A DNA stretch of 64,000 nt, taken from assembly GCA_965261395.1 (NCBI GenBank), contig OZ253462.1:256001-320000 (forward strand), in the 5' to 3' direction. The stretch comes from Candidatus Latescibacterota bacterium (GTDB lineage: Bacteria > Latescibacterota > UBA2968 > UBA8231). A program made the translations under genes and the position numbers. Of the stretch, positions 53,031-62,500 are shown in pieces (position 1 is the first letter of the stretch; each line of letters starts with the position of its first letter). The notes beneath the pieces were generated by a model. The model saw only the letters and a program-made list of their open reading frames with translations. It did not search any database and was not told the DNA's origin.

Positions 53031-53852
53031 ATGGCTCAATTTATTGGCAATATCATTATGCGCGGCAAAATCGAGTGCCTCACCGGTCTGCACATTGGGG
53101 CGGGCAAGGACACTGCCGAGATCGGCGGAGTCGATAGCCCGGTAGTGCGCGACCCCCATAGCCGCCGGCCCTATATCCCTGGCTCTTCCCTCAAAGGCAA
53201 GATGCGTTCCATGCTGGAGTTCGCTACGGGCAAAGTGAAGGATGGCAAGGTGCATACTTGTAACGAGGCCCGCTGCGAGGTGTGTCGGCCTTTTGGGTCG
53301 TCGGCCGCAGATGCGCGCAAATGCGGTCCCACGCGGCTGTTGGTAAGGGACGCCTATCCCGACGAGCAGACCCAAAGCATGTGGGAGAATCTGAGTACCG
53401 ACTTACTCTACGCGGAGATGAAATCGGAAAACTTTTTGGATCGCATCACTTCGGCGGCCAATCCCCGTTTCATCGAGCGGGTGGTCAAGGGATCGTGCTT
53501 CAATTTGGAAATGATCTATGGAGTCTATCAGGTGGACGGCGTCAACGACCTCGACTTTTTCGCCCATGTAGTGACCGCGCTGCGCCTGCTTGAAGACGGC
53601 ACCTTGGGCGGCAACGGCAGCCGAGGCTACGGCCAGATACGCCTGAAGCTGGCCGACCCTGTTTTCTTAAGTGGGCAAGACTACTGCGAAGGTAGCGATG
53701 CCTGGAAACAAGCCCGTCAGTGGCCAGCCGACGAAGCCATTGTGCGGGGCATGGGTGACTTCTCGTTGAACCGAGAGGATGCTACCTGCCAATCATGGGA
53801 TGAGATAATGAAGTCGCCAGAGGACGAGGTGGGCAAAGAGGGGCATGGATGA
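53031..53852 (+). CDS. csm3: Type III-A RAMP Csm3
   Basis: LTGLHIG, IGGVDSPVVRDP (catalytic Asp retained), PYIPGSSLKGKMRS, ANPRFIERV, LGGNGSRGYG. Confidence 0.95.
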   Translation: MAQFIGNIIMRGKIECLTGLHIGAGKDTAEIGGVDSPVVRDPHSRRPYIPGSSLKGKMRSMLEFATGKVKDGKVHTCNEARCEVCRPFGSSAADARKCGPTRLLVRDAYPDEQTQSMWENLSTDLLYAEMKSENFLDRITSAANPRFIERVVKGSCFNLEMIYGVYQVDGVNDLDFFAHVVTALRLLEDGTLGGNGSRGYGQIRLKLADPVFLSGQDYCEGSDAWKQARQWPADEAIVRGMGDFSLNREDATCQSWDEIMKSPEDEVGKEGHG

Positions 53853-54814
53853 AAGCGATCTATCTGCAATCCCGAGGGGCCTATCGCAACGAGCTGCATT
53901 CGGACACCCTATTCGGACTGATTTGCTGGGCGATCCGTCAGGTCTTTTCGGAGGCGAGGTTGGTGGAGTTGCTAAAAGCCTTTTATGCTGGCCAGCCCCC
54001 CTTCCTGCTTAGCTCAGCTTTCCCCTGCGCCAAAGACGGCACCGCCGTCTGGAAGCCCTTTTTGCCTCGTCCGTTGCTTCCACCTCCGGCGCCTGTGGAA
54101 GATCTGAGCCCCGAAGAAGCTCAGCGGCTCAAACGGTACAAGCGGCTCCGCTATATTCCCGCCGATCACTTCAATCAATTTTTGCAGGGCGACTATTCGG
54201 AGGGTTCGTATTATGAGTCCGATGTCTGGGAAAAAACTACGGTGCCGATTCCCCGGCGTACTGACCGCTTGCATGGCACCATTGATCGATTGAGCGGCAC
54301 TACCGATGGAGAGGGCACACTGTTCTCCGAGCCCGAATACCGGACGGACGGACTCTACTTCTTGCTCGACGGGGAAGAAGCCGAACTAGTGGAAAACGCG
54401 CTCCGTTTTCTGGAGGATTTCGGCTGGGGTGGAGGCAATAGCGTGGGCTATGGCCACTTTGCTGCGACCGTAGGTGAAAGCCCGCTCGCCGTCGCCGTCT
54501 CTGCGCCGGATCGCTTTATCACCCTGTCCCTGTACCATCCTCGATCCGACGAACTCGCGCATTTCAAAACTGGGGAAGCGTGGTACGAGTTGGTGGTTCG
54601 CAAGGGCAAGGTGGGCGGCCACTTCCTCCAAACGGGCGACTTTTGGAAGCGCTCGGTATTGATGTTTGCTCCCGGCTCGACCTTCCCAGCGATGGCGGAA
54701 AAGCAAGTGTACGGACGCAATCCCATTGTAAAGGGGCGGAAGGACGGGCTACCCTTCGACGTGCAGCAATTCGGCTATGCCCTTGCCGTGGGCATGAAAA
54801 CGGCCAGAGAGTAG
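53849..54814 (+). CDS. csm4: Type III-A RAMP Csm4
   Basis: HSDTLFG, LSSAFP, GWGGGNSVGYG, ITLSLYHP, MFAPGSTF. Confidence 0.92.
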   Translation: MKAIYLQSRGAYRNELHSDTLFGLICWAIRQVFSEARLVELLKAFYAGQPPFLLSSAFPCAKDGTAVWKPFLPRPLLPPPAPVEDLSPEEAQRLKRYKRLRYIPADHFNQFLQGDYSEGSYYESDVWEKTTVPIPRRTDRLHGTIDRLSGTTDGEGTLFSEPEYRTDGLYFLLDGEEAELVENALRFLEDFGWGGGNSVGYGHFAATVGESPLAVAVSAPDRFITLSLYHPRSDELAHFKTGEAWYELVVRKGKVGGHFLQTGDFWKRSVLMFAPGSTFPAMAEKQVYGRNPIVKGRKDGLPFDVQQFGYALAVGMKTARE

Positions 54815-54819
54815 AAATT

Positions 54820-56562
54820 ATGGAACGAAGAGTGCAGTGTCTGTCGCCGGTACACATTGGCACGGGTAAGGAACTAGAACCTTTCGACTATATCGTGGAT
54901 GGCCAACGCTATATTCGCGTCCACTTGGATGCAGTCCTCGAACGGATGACGACCGAACAAGTGGACGATCTGGCTGCCTGGGTGAGCGAGCGGGCTGACC
55001 AGATGGTAGAACTGGGAAGGAAGCAAAGCGATGATATCCGGCGGGAGATGCAGCTATCGAACTTCCCCGGCGCTGATGTCGCGTTACGGGAGGCTCTTCG
55101 AACGGACTCAGCCCTAGCTCGCTACCACGGCAATAAGGGATTTGATCGCAATTTGCAGGTGCGAGAGCAGGTCAAAGATGCCGATGAGACGCCTCTCATT
55201 CCGGGCAGTTCGCTCAAGGGTGCTCTGCGTACGGCCCTCGCTTTTGCCGCTTTGGAGGAAATGGAACTGGCCGAGCGGGAGGCGTTGAGACAGTCGCTTG
55301 AACGACGACTGAACGAGAGAGGCCCTCGTCTGCAAGAACGTATCGGCCAAGAGATAGAACAGGCCGTCTTCCGCTGTGGGAAGGAGCAGAGGGGGCGCAC
55401 TAGCTATGGAGACATCCACTACGACTTGATGAGGGCAGTCTCCGTCTCGGACACGTACGATGCCCAAGCGGAATTGATCGTGCCGCAGATATACACCTTT
55501 GTCGAGTCGCGCACCCGGGAGGGAAATACCAGACTCGCCGCCCAAGCGCCGCTTATCGTCGAAGCGCACGCACCGGGCAATATCTTCAGTCTGCGTCTGC
55601 GGATTGACGGTGGTCTCCTGCGGGCGATTAGTCAGAATGGTCGCAGAGGCGAGTGGATCAACTTTGAGCAACGGGTGCAGCGGGCCTTTGGCTCTGAGGT
55701 GGCGCGGCTGTTGCCGGGAGCATCGGACGAGCAAGTGGAGCAGGCCGTGGTAGGCCGGCTCGAAGCCGCGGCGCGGAGCTTTGCCAAGGCAATCGTGTCG
55801 GCTGAACAGGGCTGGGAGGAAGCACACGGGCACAGTTCCCGCGATCTAAAGGACTTTTACAATCGGCTAGACGACCTGATAGGAAAGGGATTGGTGCCGC
55901 TGCGGTTGGGCTGGGGCAGTCACTTTATGGCCACTACTTTGTTGCTGGCGCTCAAAGAGGATGCGGGCTGGCGTCCTATACTGGAAAGGTGCTTCCGGGC
56001 GTTTGATATAGGCGTTCCTCCAGGACGACATAGAGATAGGGGCAGAGATTCGGAGCGCCAAATTGAGCTCGACGACTTCCCCCGCTCCCGTCGGCTGGTT
56101 GCGGCCGGAAGGAGGCCTGTAGCCCCCTTGGGCTGGATCGCATTAGTGCCTACAGTGGAAGAGTTGCCCGGACCGCTGGTGGAAAAGGAGCGGCTGCTCG
56201 CCCGAACTCAGGAGAGCGAACCTAGGCGAGGGGAAAGGCCACAGGCGGACAGATATAGAGATGGGCGCGGCGGGCGCAGCGAGCCGGGACCGGCTCCACG
56301 CCCCGAACGACCTCTCCCGCAGATCAAGCTTCCGAAGCCTGCCTCGAAACCGCCGCCCCGCCAAGGGTCTCGGCCGGGCGACCGAGTCAATGTGGAAATC
56401 GTGGCCAACGACAACGCTCAGGTTACGGTAAAAGTGCTGGACGGTCAGGGCGAGGAGGTGCGGTTCCGGCAGCCTTACTATCCGGGCCGACCTGGAGAAA
56501 AGAGAAAGATGAAGGTCAGAGCAGTGGACTCCCAAGGCAAGATCACGCAGGTGGCCCCTTGA
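54820..56562 (+). CDS. csm5: Type III-A RAMP Csm5 with C-terminal extension
   Basis: LSPVHIGTG, IPGSSLKGALRTA, VSVSD, LRLGWGS, PLGWI, followed by a Pro/Arg-rich linker and a beta-rich tail. Confidence 0.9.
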   Translation: MERRVQCLSPVHIGTGKELEPFDYIVDGQRYIRVHLDAVLERMTTEQVDDLAAWVSERADQMVELGRKQSDDIRREMQLSNFPGADVALREALRTDSALARYHGNKGFDRNLQVREQVKDADETPLIPGSSLKGALRTALAFAALEEMELAEREALRQSLERRLNERGPRLQERIGQEIEQAVFRCGKEQRGRTSYGDIHYDLMRAVSVSDTYDAQAELIVPQIYTFVESRTREGNTRLAAQAPLIVEAHAPGNIFSLRLRIDGGLLRAISQNGRRGEWINFEQRVQRAFGSEVARLLPGASDEQVEQAVVGRLEAAARSFAKAIVSAEQGWEEAHGHSSRDLKDFYNRLDDLIGKGLVPLRLGWGSHFMATTLLLALKEDAGWRPILERCFRAFDIGVPPGRHRDRGRDSERQIELDDFPRSRRLVAAGRRPVAPLGWIALVPTVEELPGPLVEKERLLARTQESEPRRGERPQADRYRDGRGGRSEPGPAPRPERPLPQIKLPKPASKPPPRQGSRPGDRVNVEIVANDNAQVTVKVLDGQGEEVRFRQPYYPGRPGEKRKMKVRAVDSQGKITQVAP

Positions 56563-56579
56563 ACGGACAAAGGAAGACA

Positions 56580-56732
56580 ATGGATTATCAGCATATCATC
56601 ACCATTGAACCTGGCAAGCGCAGTGGTACGCCGTGTATTCGCGGCATGAGGATTACCGTCTATGATGTGCTTGACTATCTCGCCTCGGATATGTCCGTCG
56701 AAGAGATGAGGACGTCGGTACCACAACGCTAA
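56580..56732 (+). pseudogene. Truncated DUF433 family (antitoxin-like) protein, 50 aa, absent from the ORF track
   Basis: Translates as MDYQHIITIEPGKRSGTPCIRGMRITVYDVLDYLASDMSVEEMRTSVPQR*; the DUF433 core is present but the usual C-terminal helix is missing. Confidence 0.75.
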
Positions 56733-56813
56733 TCGAGTATCGGTATCCAACAGCAGACCTGATCGGTAGAGGGTTAAATCGAATATACACCGATCAATGA
56801 TAGGAGACTTATC

Positions 56814-57950
56814 ATGCGTTTCGTTCTGTCAACCGTTGGCACAAGCATCCTGACAAATCTCATTGATAACAGCAATCCTGACGAATCTATCTGGCGGAAT
56901 AGATTGCGGGATTCGGCGAATCTCAAACAGGGCGAACTAGAACCGGAAACTGAGACGGCGATCAATACACTTTCTGACCGGGCACTCGAAAAACTGATGC
57001 AAGATGATGCCGAAATCAACCGCCGAATTAGTGCCGAGTTGAACGGCATTTACGGTATCTACGGAAGTCAATTGCCTAAAAACAGCCCCGATGAGCACTA
57101 TCTCATCTGCACCGACACCGCACAGGGGCAGAAGACGGGCGAACTGATTGAGGATTTCCTTGGAGGGATGGGATTTAGGGTAGGAATCGTCACGCCTCCT
57201 CGGCTTTCGACACAAGATCCAGAATCCTTCACCACAGGCACGAAGGAACTCATTAAGTGGCTGGAGGACAACGTGCCGTGGCGACGTGATAGTGGCTATC
57301 GCGTGATTTTCAATCTGGTTGGCGGCTTCAAAAGTCTGCAAGGTTACATGAATACTTTCGGTGCATTTTACGCTGATGAGGTGATATACATCTTTGAGGC
57401 ACCAACCGCTGACTTAATCAAGATTCCGCGCCTGCCAATTCAGATTGACACCACCGTGGTTGAAAACCATCGGATGCAATTTGCATTGATGGATGCTGGA
57501 AAACTGTATCCGATTGAGGAACTCGAAGGTATCCCAGAAACGCTGCTTGAATTCGTAGAAGATAATGGCGTGAATTATGGGGGATTATCGGCGTGGGGAC
57601 AGTTGATCTGGAACCGAACGAAATCGGATCTATTGATAGATGCGTTATTGCCATTTCCACGATTGACATACGAGCAAGACTTCATCAACGACTGCGAGAC
57701 TTTGCACAACAAGCAACGCATTGATCTTCAAGAGACTTTAGCGAAGATCGCCGCCGTGCTCGAAGATAGCAGCGGCAACATAACACTGCTTAATAAGAGA
57801 ATTTCTGGACTGAACTTTGAAAAACTTCAAAATCTTGATATCTATACATTCCGTATTACTCTTGCCTACCGCGTCAGTTGCAAGGTTTCTAGAGATACAT
57901 TAATCCTTCGGCGCTATGGCGTTCATGACTACGTGTACCAAAATCCATAG
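56814..57950 (+). CDS. cami1: CARF (APE2256/Crn1-like)-wHTH-RelE effector, Cami1-like
   Basis: LSTVGTSILTN, SAELNG, TDTAQG, FNLVGGFKS, YIFE...LIKIPRLPI; C-terminal RelE-like FEKL...YTFRITLAYRV...LRRYGVHD. Confidence 0.8.
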   Translation: MRFVLSTVGTSILTNLIDNSNPDESIWRNRLRDSANLKQGELEPETETAINTLSDRALEKLMQDDAEINRRISAELNGIYGIYGSQLPKNSPDEHYLICTDTAQGQKTGELIEDFLGGMGFRVGIVTPPRLSTQDPESFTTGTKELIKWLEDNVPWRRDSGYRVIFNLVGGFKSLQGYMNTFGAFYADEVIYIFEAPTADLIKIPRLPIQIDTTVVENHRMQFALMDAGKLYPIEELEGIPETLLEFVEDNGVNYGGLSAWGQLIWNRTKSDLLIDALLPFPRLTYEQDFINDCETLHNKQRIDLQETLAKIAAVLEDSSGNITLLNKRISGLNFEKLQNLDIYTFRITLAYRVSCKVSRDTLILRRYGVHDYVYQNP

Positions 57951-58026
57951 GAAACATGGGTTGAACTCCAGGAGGACGCCCAGCTACGCGCCTATCGGGC
58001 ACTCGAATTTTCCAAGGGGTATCGCC

Positions 58027-59058
58027 ATGCCCACCCTGTACGTCACAGAACCCAGATCGGTCGTCCGGCGTTCGGTCGGCTCCGTCGTGGTAACGCTCAA
58101 CGAGGACCCCGACGGGCCGGGGCCACTGCCCGAACGCCAGCGGCGCTTGCTCGAAGTCGAGCCACATCGGCTGGAACTGATCGCCCTGGTAGGCCGCGTT
58201 CATATCACCGCAGACGCGCTCCAACTTTGCTTGGAGCAGGGCATTGCGGTCGCTTGGTTGCAGGCGAATGGGAATTTTATGGGCCGTCTCGTGCCGGAGT
58301 TGTCGCGCACGGCCGATCTGCGTTTGGCGCAGTTCCGCATGGCCGACGACGAGCCGCAGGCGCTGGCACTGGCTCAGACCTTTGTCGCAGCCAAGCTCCA
58401 CAATGCGGTTGGCCTGCTGACGGCTTTGCGCTCCAATCGCCGCAGCCAGCCTGCTTTGGGACGGGCCATCGGGGAACTCAGGGCCATGGCCGATACCGTG
58501 GCGCAGGCGACTAGCCGGGAGGTGCTACTGGGCTATGAGGGCGATGCGGCCCGGCGCTACTTTGCGGGGCTGCGGCTCGGTTTCACGGGTGCCATCGGCT
58601 TTGACGGCCGTGCTCGTCGGCCACCGCCGGACCCGGCCAATGCCTTGCTGTCGTTCGGCTATGTGTTGCTGGCTAATGTACTGGCGAGTCTGCTGGAGGC
58701 CTGCGGCTTCGATCCCTACTTGGGCTTTATGCACACAGTCCGTTCTGGGCGGCCCAGTTTGGCACTCGACCTTTTGGAGGAATTGCGGCATCCGGTCGTG
58801 GATCGCTTTGTGCTGCGGGTGTGCAATCGGGGACAATTGCGTCCCGAGCATTTTGAGACTGATGCCGAACGGGGCGGTGTGCGCCTCACCCGTGCAGGTA
58901 TGCGAATTTTCTTTCGCACTTGGGAAGCCTTTATGGACGCTCCACTGCCGGGGATTGGCACAGAGATGTCACCAGAAGAATTGCTTCGCCGTCAGGTTGA
59001 TCGTCTAGCGGCCCACGTGCGAGATCAAGCGCCATACCAACCCTTGCTTCTACGCTGA
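58027..59058 (+). CDS. cas1: CRISPR integrase Cas1
   Basis: TLYVTE, LLGYEGDAARRYF, RRPPPDPANALLSFGY, DPYLGFMH, LALDLLEELR. Confidence 0.96.
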   Translation: MPTLYVTEPRSVVRRSVGSVVVTLNEDPDGPGPLPERQRRLLEVEPHRLELIALVGRVHITADALQLCLEQGIAVAWLQANGNFMGRLVPELSRTADLRLAQFRMADDEPQALALAQTFVAAKLHNAVGLLTALRSNRRSQPALGRAIGELRAMADTVAQATSREVLLGYEGDAARRYFAGLRLGFTGAIGFDGRARRPPPDPANALLSFGYVLLANVLASLLEACGFDPYLGFMHTVRSGRPSLALDLLEELRHPVVDRFVLRVCNRGQLRPEHFETDAERGGVRLTRAGMRIFFRTWEAFMDAPLPGIGTEMSPEELLRRQVDRLAAHVRDQAPYQPLLLR

Positions 59059-59070
59059 GGAGGCTTGCCT

Positions 59071-59358
59071 ATGTCCCGCTTTGTTGTGTGCTACGATATA
59101 GCCGACAATAAACGCCGCTATAAGGTGGCCGCCTGCCTAGATGGGTATGGCGACCGCGTACAGGGCAGCGTATTCGAGTTGCGGGTCGAGCGCACCCTTC
59201 TCGACCGATGCTTAGACGAGGTATCCGGCCTGATCGATGCGGCTGAGGACAGCGTGGTCGTCTATCGCCTTTGCGCGGCCTGCGAGAAAGAGCGGGTTTA
59301 TTGGGGCGTAGGCGAACAGGTTGCCCATATTGGCGAGGAAGATGTATTTATCGCATGA
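59071..59358 (+). CDS. cas2: CRISPR-associated Cas2
   Basis: VVCYDIADNKRR, YGDRVQGSVFE, DSVVVYRLCAAC. Confidence 0.95.
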   Translation: MSRFVVCYDIADNKRRYKVAACLDGYGDRVQGSVFELRVERTLLDRCLDEVSGLIDAAEDSVVVYRLCAACEKERVYWGVGEQVAHIGEEDVFIA

Positions 59359-59551
59359 ACAGTCGTAACCTCGGATGGCCCGTCAATTTCCTTGGAGTTA
59401 CGAATTTGGCTAACCGATTGAAATTACTGCAATTCGGCATTACCTGCCGGATCGGAGACAGCCGTGATAGGTGTCGTTGGCCGCTCTGGCCATTGGGTTA
59501 CGAAAAGTGTTCCCGCAACCTATTGCAAGACAAGGAAAACTATGGCATACT
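59359..59551 (+). promoter_or_regulatory. CRISPR leader
   Basis: Non-coding region between cas2 and the first repeat, containing repeated GTTACGA motifs and IHF-like sites. Confidence 0.75.
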
Positions 59552-62500
59552 GTTTGGAATATTGACCCGATTACTAGGGGATTGAAACCATGAGAACCTG
59601 GACGATTGTCGGATTCATCTTCTTCCGTTTGGAATATTGACCCGATTACTAGGGGATTGAAACTTCACCTCTGACGGAGCATAATCATATGGCATATTGT
59701 GTTTGGAATATTGACCCGATTACTAGGGGATTGAAACTCAGCATCTCCAAGATGCCGGACCCTTCTCCATTCGTGTCGTTTGGAATATTGACCCGATTAC
59801 TAGGGGATTGAAACCGCGAAGGGTCTCAAACCGACGTAAGTCCCACAGGTACTGTTTGGAATATTGACCCGATTACTAGGGGATTGAAACTCGAGAGGAG
59901 AATCGATCTTGTTTTCACGCAGGATTAGACGTTTGGAATATTGACCCGATTACTAGGGGATTGAAACCTACTGCGGTCAAGGACATCATAGCGTGTCTCC
60001 ATATGTCTTAGTTTGGAATATTGACCCGATTACTAGGGGATTGAAACTCAACCCGGACAACAAGATAAGCATCTCGGATATAGCTGTTTGGAATATTGAC
60101 CCGATTACTAGGGGATTGAAACGCTAACAGCACAAGCCTTGGCAATGTCCGTTTCCGTTGTTTGGAATATTGACCCGATTACTAGGGGATTGAAACTAGC
60201 ATTGTCCGATATGACCAAGCTATCGACATAGGTGTGTTTGGAATATTGACCCGATTACTAGGGGATTGAAACAGACCATGCCAAAAAAATGGGAGAGGAA
60301 ATGAATGTCTTGTTTGGAATATTGACCCGATTACTAGGGGATTGAAACCTTCTGGGCGAACTCGACTAAGTTTGCGACTTTTTCTTGGCATGTTTGGAAT
60401 ATTGACCCGATTACTAGGGGATTGAAACCTGGCCGACGGCGAGCACTGGTCCACTCGCCATCCCGGCATGAGTTTGGAATATTGACCCGATTACTAGGGG
60501 ATTGAAACCCTTGTCTTGCTCATTTACTGGAAGCGGACCCTCCCAGCACCATGTTTGGAATATTGACCCGATTACTAGGGGATTGAAACCGCTCCAGCGT
60601 GCCGTTGACCACCCCTTCTCCTTTCTCTTTGGTTTGGAATATTGACCCGATTACTAGGGGATTGAAACCTGTACTCGGTGGATGTGTCGGACGCCTCAAC
60701 AACAGAGATGTTTGGAATATTGACCCGATTACTAGGGGATTGAAACCGCGACTGGCTGTAGGTTCGACCACCACCGGCAGGATGCGTTTGGAATATTGAC
60801 CCGATTACTAGGGGATTGAAACGAAGAGACCCAGTACTGGGTACAGGTGCGGTTTGTCAATGTTTGGAATATTGACCCGATTACTAGGGGATTGAAACTG
60901 GGATCGACAGTTGGCCGGCATACGCGAAGTGGCCCAAACGTTTGGAATATTGACCCGATTACTAGGGGATTGAAACCGAGAAGATCGCCGGTTGGCCCGA
61001 ACGGATCGAGCTGCGCGCCGTTTGGAATATTGACCCGATTACTAGGGGATTGAAACCGCCCTATGTTGGGTTAGGGGAGGACAGGGGACACATGAGAGTT
61101 TGGAATATTGACCCGATTACTAGGGGATTGAAACGGGACATGGTGATGAACGAGCGTGGCAGCCGGCGACGGCGGTTTGGAATATTGACCCGATTACTAG
61201 GGGATTGAAACCTGAGAACTGTTGTTATGCACCTGCGCCAGCAACGATGTTTGGAATATTGACCCGATTACTAGGGGATTGAAACATAGATCAGACATGC
61301 TGCGCGACCTCGTTGAAATAGGGCTGGTTTGGAATATTGACCCGATTACTAGGGGATTGAAACCGTCATCGGCGTAGCCTAGGTGCACCTTGTGAGCCCC
61401 TTGTGTTTGGAATATTGACCCGATTACTAGGGGATTGAAACATCTTTCTTACTCCTCGGGAAAAAAGGCTTGCACTGCAGTTTGGAATATTGACCCGATT
61501 ACTAGGGGATTGAAACGACGGAATCCCTGGGCCGCAAGCCAGTATTCCTTTTCCGCGGTTTGGAATATTGACCCGATTACTAGGGGATTGAAACGCGGGG
61601 TGTGCTGCGGTCTACTTGGTCAATTCGTATCCATGTTTGGAATATTGACCCGATTACTAGGGGATTGAAACCAACGGCAGCTTCAAGAAGTGTGATACCA
61701 TAGAAAATCAGGTTTGGAATATTGACCCGATTACTAGGGGATTGAAACCAACGGCAGCTTCAAGAAGTGTGATACCATAGAAAATCAGGTTTGGAATATT
61801 GACCCGATTACTAGGGGATTGAAACTGGATTAATGCTATGATGGGAGGCGTCAATACCTCCGATCGTTTGGAATATTGACCCGATTACTAGGGGATTGAA
61901 ACGTGAAGAATGTTTCTTGCTCTTATGAAACTTTGGCCTTGATGTTTGGAATATTGACCCGATTACTAGGGGATTGAAACAGCACCTTGACCACCCGATG
62001 GTCCTTGCGGTCCGGGTGGTGTTTGGAATATTGACCCGATTACTAGGGGATTGAAACGGTCGTGAGGTATTGTTCAAACGTGCAGTCCTGCCGGTGTTTG
62101 GAATATTGACCCGATTACTAGGGGATTGAAACGGGAGTACATCTGATCTTGCTTTAGGGTCGTCATTAGAGTTTGGAATATTGACCCGATTACTAGGGGA
62201 TTGAAACATCTGTGCGAGGGCGTGATGACCAAGTTCCGTCATCCGTTGTTTGGAATATTGACCCGATTACTAGGGGATTGAAACTTCAACAGTTGAATGA
62301 GGCTGTCGGCATGGACGCGGGCGTTTGGAATATTGACCCGATTACTAGGGGATTGAAACACATCTTCTTTCTCTTCGCTGTTATACTTGGTCTGTTCGGT
62401 TTGGAATATTGACCCGATTACTAGGGGATTGAAACTAAACGGAGTTATGACTACGGAACAGATAAGCCTTGGTATTGGTTTGGAATATTGACCCGATTAC

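Noticed and set aside
57916-58026. N-terminal extension of Cas1, or an RT-Cas1 fusion
   Set aside because: The extension overlaps the upstream gene and has no RT motifs (no YADD); Cas1 homology starts at MPTLYVTE (58027).
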